Below are positions 15,658 through 27,692 of a stretch of 58,975 bases of DNA, one piece after another. Under the pieces are notes generated by a model. It was not told the origin of the DNA and made no database searches. It saw only the letters and a list, made by a program, of their open reading frames with translations. The stretch is from Eledone cirrhosa. Lineage: Eukaryota. Numbering within the stretch: the first letter of the stretch is position 1; each line of letters starts with the position of its first letter. The stretch is from contig CAXHJY010001042.1 of NCBI GenBank assembly GCA_964016885.1, positions 1-58,975 on the forward strand, given 5' to 3'. The position numbers and the translations under genes were made by a program.

Positions 15658-18600
15658 CTAATTCATCGCCGCTATGGCATTAGCTTGTGCCAAGCTGAAA
15701 GGTTATTGAAAGACACTGTTTTCTGTTATATAAAAACTACAATAACAACAGAACAAATCCGCTTCTTAAAACACTGTGTTTCCTCCAAAACATACACAAC
15801 AAACATATCAAAACAAGTAAATAATTTATTATTGAACAAAACACAAGCTGAACGGCTAAAACACACAATAACAGTTAATATGAAAAGAACAACATACACA
15901 AAAGTCAACGCACTCTACAGACAAAAACGCATCAACGGTAAGGAAATCCGAAATCTCATCACAGCAAACGAGAGAGATGACTTCATGAGCGTCATCCGAC
16001 GCGAAACGAAATATGCTCAAAACGAATGCTGTAGGCATTTCAAGAAGAAATTAGAATGGATGAATAAGAAAAAACTACAAGAAAGGAAAATCGAATATTC
16101 TCAAAAATACCCAGATAACATCGACAACATCCGTATGAGTGATGTAAAACTACCGGAAGAATTTACCAATGACCACACAGTAAATATCTATGGGAACACT
16201 TTAATCAGTGAACAAGAACAACAAATCCTAAAGTTACCACCAAAATTTGCCATCTACAAAAAGATTAACCCTATGGAATGCAAAACGGAGCTGGAAAAGT
16301 GTTTCACAAAAATACGTTGGAATGCAAAGGTAAACAACAACAACAATAATAACGGTAGTAGTAATATAAACAATAACTCTGGGTATAGAAATAACAGCCA
16401 TAACCATAACAATGGCAGGAAAGTGAGAAATAGTGATAATGGTAATAATACTAGCGATAGACAGAACAACAACAACCACAATAATAATAATAATAGAAAC
16501 GTTAACCACAGACACAGCAACAGTGACCACAGTAGTAATAACGGTAACAATACGAACAACAACAACAACAATAACCACAGTGGTAATAATGGAAATAGTA
16601 CATGTAGCAACATCAACAAAAACAAGAAACATAATAATAGTAACAACCACAATGGTAGAAATAGCAGTAACAACAACAACAATAACGGTGAAGTAAACAA
16701 CAATACATCTAGCAATCATAACAATAATAATATTAATGCTAATGATAGAAACAACAACAACCACCATGATAACAATAATAGCAACACACACAACTATGAC
16801 GATAGAAATAACGACAACCCCTTAGAGAAACTATTTTTCAACCCAGCTGACAAAACATATAAGATGGGTAATATCTATCCTACGAGGTTACCCTTTAATA
16901 AAAGAGTTTGCATACCACAGCAAATAGATGACGAGACGGAGGCACAGTTCACCATAGCTAGAAATAAGATTAGACAAGTAGTAGACAGGTACACTATGAG
17001 ACAGAGCAGACCAGAGGCCCAACAACTTGGGATAAAACCTGTAGAAGGCTTGGTTAGCCTCAAGCAGCGCACAAGGGATGGTGAGGTAGTGTGTCTACCC
17101 ACAGATAAGTCCGGTAGGATGTCAATAGATAGCATGCCGAACTACATCGAGGCAATGCAACCCCACATCACCAACACGAGCGAAGTTGCACAACTAACAC
17201 ACGATGGGAGAGAAAAAATCCTCAACGCTCACATGATGATGTGGACTGACATCCTAAAGCCAAGCAGACGCACTGCCAACAACTTCCAGGCGTCTAACAA
17301 TGGCATACCACCCTTGTATGGGCTCCGCAAAGACCACAAGACAGTCGACGACCCGACAACAGGACCACCAACAAGACCCGTATGCGGAGCTAATATAGCT
17401 AGCAACTACAGGATCTCCTACTTCCTCTCGGTGGTTATGCGCCCCATAATCAATATGTCCCCAGATGTATGTGAAAGTACAGAGGACCTCCTCAGCGGAA
17501 TCAGTGAGTGCAACAAAAACAGGAGCCTATCCAACTGCATAATAGGCAGCATGGATGTGGTGTCACTGTACCCATCCATTAACATTGATTTTGCTGTGAA
17601 AAGATGTGTGGAGGTGATCATTGAGAGTGAGGTGGAGTTCTGCGACGTCGACACAGACGAACTGGGCCTCCTACTTAGACTTACCTACGACACTGACTAC
17701 CTAGACAGCCATGACCTTAGATGTTTCTGCCCTAGTAGACCTATAAGAGGTAGACCCCCCACCATAACCTCAATGGCTAAAAAGACTCCCATAGGAAGGT
17801 GGATTGGGTGGACCAAAGCTATACGGACCCCCCAAAACACTGATCAGGTAAGAAAAATGGTCGCACATGCAATAGGAGCTAGTATCAAAACTACCCTAAA
17901 GGGCCACATATTTAAGTTCAATGAGAAAATCTACACCCAATATGAGGGAGCAGCCATCGGCGTCAGCATAGCTGGTGATGTTGCCAACCTTTTCATGGTA
18001 TGGTGGGAAAGGAGACTTAAAGATCTCCTTAATGAAAGCTCCATAGACCTCATCATGTACTCTCGTTATGTAGACGATATCAATATAGTTATAAGAACAC
18101 CCCCACTAGAGAGCACTAACAAGTTTGATTTAGAACGTAGCACGATGGAAAGCATCCAGCAGATAGCTAATTCCATACACCAGAGTATAACTGTAACTAT
18201 AGACTTCCCTTCCAAACACCCTAACAATAGACTACCTGTATTAGACACAGAACTCTGGATTAACACTATAGACGAGAGAGCCCAAATTCTCCACTCACAC
18301 TATGCTAAACCCATGGCCTCCAAATACCTGATACTCAAAAACTCAGCAATGTCCAGTAGTGCTAAGTTTAATATTCTGATCGCAGATTTGGTACGAGTGA
18401 TGAAGAATGTGTTCAGCATGTGCGACCCAACAGAAATGGAAGGACACATCCAACACTTCATCAACCGCATGCAGTTCTCTGGCTACAACCAAAGAGACAG
18501 AGTCAGAGTATACGAAGGAGCCATGGAAAAGTATAAGACCCTCATAGAACTGGACATGAAAGGAATTTGCCCACTATACAGGAGCAAATCATGGAATAGC

Positions 18601-19224
18601 TTAGATAGGGCTAGACATAAGATAGGGAAGGCCACATCATGGTACGACAACCAGAGATATCAGAGTGTCATGTTTGTGGACGCCACCCCTGGAGGGAAAT
18701 TAGCTAACCAGTGTAGAAAGGCCCTGAGAAAGACCCACTTAAAAATAAAGGTGGTAGAAAAGCCAGGAACCACCATAAAATCCCTGATCAGCAAAACCTA
18801 CCCTTTTAAGAAAACCCACTGTACCAATAGGAAATGTATCATATGTAAGGTGAACCCCCGGATAAACTGTAAAACTAGAAACGTAGTCTATAGCATAAGA
18901 TGTACAGAGGGTACTTGCAGAAACACGACAACAACATACATAGGTGAGACAGCTCGTAGCATAGGTGAAAGGATAGACCAACACTGGGGGGAACTAAAAG
19001 GACGAAAAAACGGGTCAGTACTATACGAACATGCTAGACAACAACATGACGGTAACATAGACAACATAGAAATTAGAATAATATCTAAACATAGGAATGA
19101 CCCAGCAGATAGGCAAATCAGAGAGGCCAGTGAAATAGAAATTAGAAGACCAAAGCTAAACAGAAAGAATGAGTGGAACAACAACAACACCCAAACAAAC
19201 AACACTGACCTAAGAGAAGTATAA
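15658..19224 (+). CDS. PLE polyprotein: N-terminal domain, Asn-rich insert, reverse transcriptase, Cys-rich linker, C-terminal GIY-YIG endonuclease (Neptune-like layout). The true N-terminal codons lie at 19729-19797
   Basis: Motifs PTDKSG, LRKDHK, PTRPVC, GSMDVVSLYPSI, GAAIGVSIAGDVANLFM, RYVDD, LPVLD, CTNRKCIIC..C, NVVY..C..C..YIGET.R, E..LN. The ATG at 15613 in the ORF track lies in the inverted arm. Confidence 0.93.
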   Translation, partial: LIHRRYGISLCQAERLLKDTVFCYIKTTITTEQIRFLKHCVSSKTYTTNISKQVNNLLLNKTQAERLKHTITVNMKRTTYTKVNALYRQKRINGKEIRNLITANERDDFMSVIRRETKYAQNECCRHFKKKLEWMNKKKLQERKIEYSQKYPDNIDNIRMSDVKLPEEFTNDHTVNIYGNTLISEQEQQILKLPPKFAIYKKINPMECKTELEKCFTKIRWNAKVNNNNNNNGSSNINNNSGYRNNSHNHNNGRKVRNSDNGNNTSDRQNNNNHNNNNNRNVNHRHSNSDHSSNNGNNTNNNNNNNHSGNNGNSTCSNINKNKKHNNSNNHNGRNSSNNNNNNGEVNNNTSSNHNNNNINANDRNNNNHHDNNNSNTHNYDDRNNDNPLEKLFFNPADKTYKMGNIYPTRLPFNKRVCIPQQIDDETEAQFTIARNKIRQVVDRYTMRQSRPEAQQLGIKPVEGLVSLKQRTRDGEVVCLPTDKSGRMSIDSMPNYIEAMQPHITNTSEVAQLTHDGREKILNAHMMMWTDILKPSRRTANNFQASNNGIPPLYGLRKDHKTVDDPTTGPPTRPVCGANIASNYRISYFLSVVMRPIINMSPDVCESTEDLLSGISECNKNRSLSNCIIGSMDVVSLYPSINIDFAVKRCVEVIIESEVEFCDVDTDELGLLLRLTYDTDYLDSHDLRCFCPSRPIRGRPPTITSMAKKTPIGRWIGWTKAIRTPQNTDQVRKMVAHAIGASIKTTLKGHIFKFNEKIYTQYEGAAIGVSIAGDVANLFMVWWERRLKDLLNESSIDLIMYSRYVDDINIVIRTPPLESTNKFDLERSTMESIQQIANSIHQSITVTIDFPSKHPNNRLPVLDTELWINTIDERAQILHSHYAKPMASKYLILKNSAMSSSAKFNILIADLVRVMKNVFSMCDPTEMEGHIQHFINRMQFSGYNQRDRVRVYEGAMEKYKTLIELDMKGICPLYRSKSWNSLDRARHKIGKATSWYDNQRYQSVMFVDATPGGKLANQCRKALRKTHLKIKVVEKPGTTIKSLISKTYPFKKTHCTNRKCIICKVNPRINCKTRNVVYSIRCTEGTCRNTTTTYIGETARSIGERIDQHWGELKGRKNGSVLYEHARQQHDGNIDNIEIRIISKHRNDPADRQIREASEIEIRRPKLNRKNEWNNNNTQTNNTDLREV

Positions 19225-19494
19225 ATAAATAAGTAAATAAAATAAAATAAAATAAGATAAATAAATACATACACAAGCACATAAACACACACTAGTCACC
19301 CAGCAGACACAACACTATACACACTAGTCACACATCACACATAACACTATACACACACGCAAACGCATGCGCAAAGAAGACAAAATAAAATAAGATAAAC
19401 AAACAAGCAAATAAATAAATAAATATATAGACAGACTGAACAAAAAAAATGGCGTAGACATACAACACAACAGGAGGAACAATGAATATAACAC

Positions 19495-19532
19495 CACTGA
19501 CGATGTTGCAGATGTGCAACGAAAGATTTATG
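19495..19532 (+). ncRNA. Hammerhead-like core in the PLE pLTR (weak stem I); inverse copy near 14725-14762
   Basis: CTGACGA-T-GTTGCA gatg TGCAAC-GAAA-GATT-TA; only 2 clear bp of stem I. Confidence 0.55.
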
Positions 19533-19792
19533 TAAATTATGTAAACTATATATATATGTGTTTGTCTATATTGTATCTGTATTATTTTTGACCGCCGGTC
19601 AGTCAATGGCAACATTGAGGACCGAGTAAGTTAGATCGCAGATATATATATATAAAAGACAGCGAGAAGCGAAAACCAACCAAACAGTGAGTGTGTTCTG
19701 TTATTAATTCTGGCAATATTACGCAAATATGACCCTCCCCAAATATAACAATATCTGTTTCGACACACGATTTCATATAAAAAACCTCGCAA

Positions 19793-19895
<103 letters not shown>

Positions 19896-20415
19896 ATTAG
19901 ATTCATTTTATTTTTTATTATTTATTAGATTTGTTTTTATTCTGATAGCTTCTCATAATTTTTATTAGATTTATTTTTTTTATTCTGATAGCTTCTCATA
20001 ATTTTCAAAAGTTTGTCCTTTCAATGTCTTGATTAAAATATACGTAAGATAAATTTCTATGCTAAATATATTAAACATATTATTTTAACTTGAAATATTC
20101 TATAATATTTTGGGATATTTTAGTATTTTGATGTTTGTAGAATTCGTTTGCCTCCAAAAGCAACGGTCACCTTTTTGAAAGGGTACGTCAATATCTATTT
20201 GTAAAACTGTTATATATTGTATTTTGTCTGATGAAGGCATACCATGATTTAACTTGGTATCCTTGAAATATATATAATGAAATAAATATGGTTTTATAAA
20301 TATAGTTTCCATTTATTAATATTGTATATCTACTCCAAATATTTGTCGAGTTATAATAATATTTGCTTGTTGTATCCCAACAATTTAAATAGAACTTTTG
20401 CATATATATATATAT

Positions 20416-20808
20416 ATATTAATAAGAGGAATTCCAACTTTGTCTGATTTACTCGTTTTATTTACAATCCTTTAAAATATATATAATGGTATTATAATGA
20501 AATAGTATGATAGAATATTAAATTCTAAGTGTTAATTGAACAAGTACTTTCATGCTTTCGCAATCTTCAGGTTCATGATATGTGGTGACAGTCGAGTTTG
20601 CAATTTTCAACAGTTGAAAATTGCAAACTCGACTGTCACCACATATCATGAACCTGAAGATTGCGAAAGCATGAAAGTACTTGTTCAATTAACACTTAGA
20701 ATTTAATATTCTATCATACTATTTCATTATAATACCATTATATATATTTTAAAGGATTGTAAATAAAACGAGTAAATCAGACAAAGTTGGAATTCCTCTT
20801 ATTAATAT
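20416..20808. repeat. Perfect palindrome (1-nt loop at 20612) with a minimal hammerhead on each arm (20649-20687 +, 20537-20575 -)
   Basis: TGAAC-CTGAAGA-T-TGC gaaa GCA-T-GAAA-GTAC-TT-GTTCA. Confidence 0.9.
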
Positions 20809-20883
20809 AATCTTCTATACACAATCATACACACCCGTGTATATTTACCTATCTATATCTATATATATATATATATATATATG

Positions 20884-21076
20884 TAGGAAAAAGTATGACC
20901 CCGACGGCAAAGCTCAAGCCGTTTCGACGGCTATTTCCAGTCCAAAATAGCCGTCGAAACGGCTTGAGCTCTGCCGTCGGGGTCATACTTTTTCCTATTT
21001 CCCACTTTACTACCCTAAGTATTGAGTACTCTGGTGCGTTATGGTCCATTTGGTTCCTTACCACAATTCCTTTGTT
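20884..21076 (+). mobile_element. PLE 3'-end fragment folded back on HHR stem II; family copies at 34399-34545 (+) and 50995-51191 (-)
   Basis: 3' half of an HHR (TAGCCGTC-GAAA-CGGC..GCCG-TC-GGGGTC) mirrored around the stem II loop. Confidence 0.8.
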
Positions 21077-21269
21077 ATATATATATATATACAAGCAAAT
21101 TATAAACGTAAACATGTAAGTATGTTTTTGAAACGGTGCGCGAGTTTGAAATTAGAAATTAGAAATTATAAGCTTTCACCGTATTTTAGACTAAAGAAAT
21201 TTCTAGCCTGATAGTGGGGTTTATAACCCTCGGAGAAATGGAAAAAGATGAGTGTTGCCGTATATATAT

Positions 21270-21456
21270 AATTGTTTCTACTTTAGGCACAAGGCCAGCA
21301 AATACCCAGTGCATTACTGGCACTTTATTTTATCGACCCCGTAAGTATGAAAGGCAAAGTCAACCTCGGCGGGATTTGAACTCAGATCGTAAAGGGAGGT
21401 AACTATGCTGGAAAGCATGGCGTCCGACCCTCTACCGATACTGCCAATCCACCGCC
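21270..21456 (-). mobile_element. tRNA-derived SINE, same family
   Basis: Reverse-complement match to 27019-27205. Confidence 0.88.
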
Positions 21457-21831
21457 CTATATATAATATATAATATATAATTAAATAATTAAATATATAT
21501 ATCAATGATATTAATAATTAAATATATTTAAGAAAAACGTAAAACCACAAGGGAAGTCTATGTTTCGTGTACTATTTGAAATCTATTAGAAAGATAATGA
21601 GCTTGACTGATATTGGAGAAACGTCAGTAGTTTTGCATCTTTCAGTCGGCACACTGTCTGCGAACACGAATAAATGTTTATCTAAATCGTTGCTGACAGC
21701 CAACTTGCAAGGAAAACACCCTATGGAAGTTTAGTTCTTATTTTAGATCTATTTGTTTTGCTCCCAACTCTATTTGCTACTTGCAATCAGAATAAGCATG
21801 GTTCCATGAGAATTCAAGATCACGAAAATAA

Positions 21832-21927
21832 ATTGTATTATGTCTTCCATTAATAACGTCGCACTATAGGGGCAATGAACTCATTGCCCCTATAGTGCGA
21901 CGTTATTAATGGAAGACATAATACAAT
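21832..21927. repeat. Perfect 96-bp palindrome
   Basis: 47-bp arms with a 2-nt loop. Confidence 0.9.
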
Positions 21928-22609
21928 CGTTAAAGCATTTGTTCTAGCGTTTTACCTTCTGATTTCAAATCTCATTAATCCGGATTAAAATGACAAAAAT
22001 CTCACAAATCCTAATTAAAGTGGCAAACCTTTACATCATCCTTTTGGCTAGTTTTACGGGATAATCTTTTACAGGTATGGCGGCGGACTGACAGAGTCGT
22101 TAGAACTTCAGAATGCTGGCTTACTACAGTAAGGGGTAAACTTTGTCTTTCATCCTTCCAGAATCGATAAAATAAAGCACCAGTCAAGTAATGATGTTGA
22201 TCCATCCCACACAAAATTACTGGCCTTGTGTCTGAATTAGAAACCATTAATATTGCACAATATAAGAGCGACTGAATAAGTTGTGGCAAACGAGAAGATT
22301 GTGAAGGAAAAGGCTCTAGTCTTTCCCACATACACGATGACATGGAAGTGTGGTGGTGGTGTTTAGACCTAGGCTAGCCTTCATCGATCAAACCTCTGAT
22401 TCAAAGCATTTTCAGCCAGAACAAATCCGTTTATTCTTTAAAAAAGATGGAGGTTTACAAATGCTTCTTTTCAATTTTCAAGCGATAGTGTGTGATTTGA
22501 GGGAAATACTGCCGTCGTTTCTAGCAGGTCATGTGACCACATAAGGGTTTCCTTTTTGGATTGCTGAAGTGTGATGTAGTAGGTGTATGTACATAAGTGT
22601 GTATATGTG

Positions 22610-22745
<136 letters not shown>

Positions 22746-22966
22746 TGTGCGTACTTATGTGTGTAAGAAGAATGTAGCTTGTATTGATAGTCGCTTGATT
22801 GGGTCATTTAATTTTCAATTTCTTGACTTTTCGTGCACTTATCTTTTACATTGTAGCTAATCTACTGATAAAATTGACTACCAATCTTTTCAAAATTACT
22901 AAAGATATGAAATAATTGGCGACTTCGGAGTCAGAATGTTTAACCGTGTACCTCATATATATATAT

Positions 22967-23417
22967 ATATACGATATTAAATAAATGGAAACTATATTTA
23001 TAAAACCATATTTATTTCATTATACATATTTCAGGGATACCAAATTAAAATATGGCATGCCTTCATCAGACAAAATACAATATATAAACAGTTTTATAAA
23101 TAATTTTGACGTACCCTATTAGATGCAACCATTATTTTTGGAAGCTGTCTAGCTTCCAAAAATAATGGTTGCATCTAATAGGGTACGTCAAAATTATTTA
23201 TAAAACTGTTTATATATTGTATTTTGTCTGATGAAGGCATGCCATATTTTAATTTGGTATCCCTGAAATATGTATAATGAAATAAATATGGTTTTATAAA
23301 TATAGTTTCCATTTATTTAATATCGTATATCTACTCCAAAAACTTGTCGAGTGCTTTATATCAGTTATAAAATATTTACTTTTTGTATCCCAACAATTTT
23401 AAATAGAACTTTTGCAT
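22967..23417. repeat. Perfect palindrome 22967-23330 with an HHR on each arm and a one-sided 3' tail
   Basis: Centre GAAGCT gtct AGCTTC; HHR at 23220-23284. Confidence 0.9.
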
Positions 23418-24459
23418 ATATATATAAATATATATATATATATAATTATTTCTGAAGACAGCATATATATGTGTAGGTATGTATATTCCCTCTGATAGTT
23501 TTTAAAAATTTTACATAGATCTATATGATATACATACCAACACATACATATATATCCTAGAAACGATCGTAAAATGATGAATTTTTTAATATAAAGAACT
23601 GTTTCTTTGTTTTTATTCATTATTTTTATTAATTTATATACATATATATATATGTATATAAATCAGGAAAGAAGGTTGGCATGGTTTGCTATACAAAAAA
23701 GGTTTTTATTTGTTACCCCGTATATATATATATATATATATCGAGAGTCGATCAACAATATCCCAGACCTCATTCGCTTAACGTTTCCGTTGGTCTTTCC
23801 AATTGCTATATATACATATATATATATTCATTTTATTAAGAGTAAATAGTGAGACTTGTTACTCCGGAGTTTCGTCTGCTTATCACAGGGTCATATATAT
23901 ATATGATTAATGACTTTTAGATTTAGAGATAAATCTATTTTAAAATATCGACTGTTCAACGTCTGTTATTGATAATGGAATTATTAAACCAGAAAAGATT
24001 AAAAAGTTGTTGTTGTCGTTGTTTAACCCTAGGTCAGCTCAGCGAGCACATCTTTTATCAAAGGTATTTCAGTCGTGTATATTCCGTTTTTCTATAAGTA
24101 TTTAGGTTAATTTTTTACCCAATTTTTTTCAAGATGGTAAGATATCATTGAAATGATATTTGGGTGCTATTTCTATCAGGTCCAGAAATCATATAGAGGC
24201 TCTGCCGAAACAGATAACTGAAGCAGATACCATAAACATCCTAGACTTCTTTTCTGTCATCTGCGCAATTTTCATGGGTCTGTATTCATAAATCGCCAGG
24301 CTGAGTTTCTCTGACAATAATATTGTATTATATCCTCTCATGAACTTTGCAAAACATAGTATAGATATTGCTTCATAATCATAGGGAACAGAATGACGAA
24401 GCGTTACGCCGGAGGATAGCTTGAGAGATGCGTTGAAATGTCCAAATGTAACGGAGTTT

Positions 24460-25903
24460 ATAAAATGGTTCTTCATAATTTTGTTCCCATGGTATATAAA
24501 ATGGTCCGTTATAATTTTGTTCCCATGGTATATAAAATGCTCCTTCATAATTTTGTTCCCATATTATATAAAAGTTCCTTCACAATTTTGTTCCCTTGGT
24601 ATATAAAAGGTCCTTCACAATTTTGTTCCCTTGGTATATAAAAGTTCCTTCACAATTTTGTTCCCATATTATAGAAAAGATTCTTCACAATTTTGTTCCC
24701 TTGGTATATAAAAGGTCCTTCACAATTTTGTTCCTTTGGTATATAAAATGTCCTTCACAATTTTGTTCCCTTGGTATATAAAAGGTCCTTCACAATTTTG
24801 TTCCCTTGGTATATAAAATGTCCTTCACAATTTTGTTCCCTTGGTATATAAAAGGTCCTTCACAATTTTGTTCCCTTGGTATATAAAAGGTCCTTCACAA
24901 TTTTGTTCCCTTGGTATATAAAAGGTCCTTCACAATTTTGTTCCCTTGGTATATAAAATGTCCTTCACAATTTTGTTCCCTTGGTATATAAAAGGTCCTT
25001 CACAATTTTGTTCCCTTGGTATATAAAAGGTCCTTCACAATTTTGTTCCCTTGGTATATAAAAGTTCCTTCACAATTTTGTTCCCATATTATAGAAAAGA
25101 TTCTTCACAATTTTGTTCCCTTGGTATATAAAAGGTCCTTCACAATTTTGTTCCTTTGGTATATAAAATGTCCTTCACAATTTTGTTCCCTTGGTATATA
25201 AAAGGTCCTTCACAATTTTGTTCCCTTGGTATATAAAAGGTCCTTCACAATTTTGTTCCCTTGGTATATAAAAGGTCCTTCACAATTTTGTTCCCTTGGT
25301 ATATAAAAGGTCCTTCACAATTTTGTTCCCTTGGTATATAAAAGGTCCTTCACAATTTTGTTCCCTTGGTATATAAAAGGTCCTTCACAATTTTGTTCCC
25401 TTGGTATATAAAATGTCCTTCACAATTTTGTTCCCTTGGTATATAAAAGGTCCTTCACAATTTTGTTCCCTTGGTATATAAAAGGTCCTTCACAATTTTG
25501 TTCCCTTGGTATATAAAATGTCCTTCACAATTTTGTTCCCTTGGTATATAAAAGGTCCTTCACAATTTTGTTCCCTTGGTATATAAAAGGTCCTTCACAA
25601 TTTTGTTCCCTTGGTATATAAAATGTCCTTCACAATTTTGTTCCCTTGGTATATAAAAGGTCCTTCACAATTTTGTTCCCTTGGTATATAAAAGGTCCTT
25701 CACAATTTTGTTCCCTTGGTATATAAAATGTCCTTCACAATTTTGTTCCCTTGGTATATAAAAGGTCCTTCACAATTTTGTTCCCTTGGTATATAAAAGG
25801 TCCTTCACAATTTTGTTCCCTTGGTATATAAAATGTCCTTCACAATTTTGTTCCCTTGGTATATAAAAGGTCCTTCACAATTTTGTTCCCTTGGTATATA
25901 AAA
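24460..25903. repeat. 35-bp minisatellite, ~41 units
   Basis: Unit TCCTTCACAATTTTGTTCCCTTGGTATATAAAAGG; variant block recurs at 420-bp spacing. Confidence 0.95.
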
Positions 25904-26103
25904 GAGTCATTGTCTTCTCTGTCAGGAAAAAAAAGATCAAATATCCGAGTGGTTCCATATTTCACTCTTCACGGTATATCTACTCTACGATATTTCTATA
26001 TTTTTATATTTATCTTCTATGAACTTTGTATAGTGTATTATTATTATACAACTGGCAGATTGCCTCAGCTCTGAGTAATTTGATGTCTGTCATGATAGTT
26101 CTA

Positions 26104-26245
26104 CTGTGGGCTACCAGGCTGTACTTCGTCACTGCTTCTAAAGCTAAACTGTGGGCTACCAGGCTGTACTTCGTCACTGCATGTAAAGATAAACTGTGGG
26201 CTACCAGGCTGTACTCTGAAACAATGCTAAAGCTAAACTGTGGAA
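26104..26245. repeat. 45-bp tandem repeat, ~3 copies
   Basis: CTGTGGGCTACCAGGCTGTAC at 26104, 26149 and 26194. Confidence 0.9.
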
Positions 26246-26649
26246 CTGATCTGTAATATAATTAATTACTAGCTCGGTATTGTAAATGTATGCCTAAATA
26301 TTTATATTCATCTATATGTGTACATTTAATCCATACATGTTTATTGGTTTCATATAAACAGCGGTTGCGAACCTCACGGACCACTAAATTCAGAATATTA
26401 AATCCCGCGGAATTAATGGTCAATGGTCGAAACAATACTGAAGCAAATATGTGTCATAGTCGATAGATGATACATATGTGTAAAATTATTTCATGGATGT
26501 TAATTCTTTACTGGGGAGAAACATTTTTAGCGGGGTTATAAAATATATTTTAACAGAATATTATTTTTAATAAAGTACCAGTAATGCACTGGGTAATTGC
26601 TGGCCTTGTGCCAAAAGTAGAAACAATTATTAATAAAACATAGAAATTG

Positions 26650-26930
26650 CAAATAAGCTTTGGTCCGAGCAAACATCCCCTCAATCTTGGACCATCTGGG
26701 TTGTCCAGAAATGATGGGAAAAGACCTGACGGCCTTACCTTGTACCACTGGTCGAGAGGCAGATACCTTGTCTGGGACGTCACAGTTAGTGACTCTTTTG
26801 CTTCTTCCCACATCCTGGATGCTGCGGTTAGGGCGAGAGTCACAGCTTCCGCAGCCGAACGGAACAAAATCCTAAAATACTGTGATCTGTCGGCCAGCTA
26901 CATTTTCCAGCCTGTGGCGTTCGAGACGTT
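26650..26930 (+). pseudogene. Restriction-like endonuclease fragment of a CRE-type non-LTR retrotransposon
   Basis: PSGLSRNDGKRPDGLTL..W..G..LVWDVTV..AE..K..KY..PVAFET. Confidence 0.75.
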
Positions 26931-27018
26931 TCTTTCCTCTTTCTTTTCCTTTCTATTTTTTCTGTTTTCTCTCTTCCTTTCATTTATATTATATTTGTTT
27001 GTGCTTTCGATCTGTAAG

Positions 27019-27205
27019 CATGAATTGGCAGTATCGGTAGAGGGTTGGACGCCATGCTTTCTAGCATAGTTACGTCCCTTTACAGTCTGAGTTCAAATCC
27101 CGCCGAGGTTAACTTTGCCTTTCATCCTTACGGGGTCGATAAAATAAAGTACCAGTAATGTACTGGGTAATTGCTGGCCTTGTGCCTAAAGTAGAAACAA
27201 TTATT
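27019..27205 (+). mobile_element. tRNA-derived SINE
   Basis: A box TGGCAGTATCGG, B box GTTCAAATCC, core GCCTTTCATCCTTACGGGGTCGATAAAATAAAGTACCAG, (ATT) tail; many copies in the window. Confidence 0.88.
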
Positions 27206-27692
27206 ATATCTCTTTTTATACAACAGTGAATAAAACAAAATATAATGTCCACATTTTTTTGTGGACCACCAACATTTTCTCTCGGACCACCGGTTGGCGA
27301 CCGCTGCTGTGGATGAAGGATTTGGTAAGCTATTTTGTGCAGGGTATAAGATGTAAAACAATAAACATGACGACTGATGAAAGACTGGTTGAATGAATGG
27401 GTTTTGTTTAACATTACATCCCATATATATGAGTGAACTTTCTTTAAATCCATGAAATTTTTCATGGATTTGAAGAAGAGTCGTTGTTTTATGAGCCTGG
27501 AGATGCCAGTATATTCCTCATTGAATCCTTGAATGAAGCCGAAGATAACATTTCCTGTTGTGAATCAATGACTCAAATGATGAGTTAACACGTTTTATAT
27601 ATCCCACTATTTTTTCCAGAGACATATCCAAGTCATATTAAGCAAGAAAATAATAAATTGTCCAACAATAACTTCTGCACATATCTATTTAA

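Noticed and set aside
16234-16791. Hydrophobic antisense ORFs resembling membrane proteins
   Set aside because: Mirror of the AAY repeats in the Asn-rich insert
24189-24548. 119-aa ORF as a host gene
   Set aside because: Starts inside the minisatellite, ends in an old repeat, no motif
27019-27110. tRNA gene
   Set aside because: A and B boxes belong to a SINE head; no cloverleaf, and it continues into SINE core and tail
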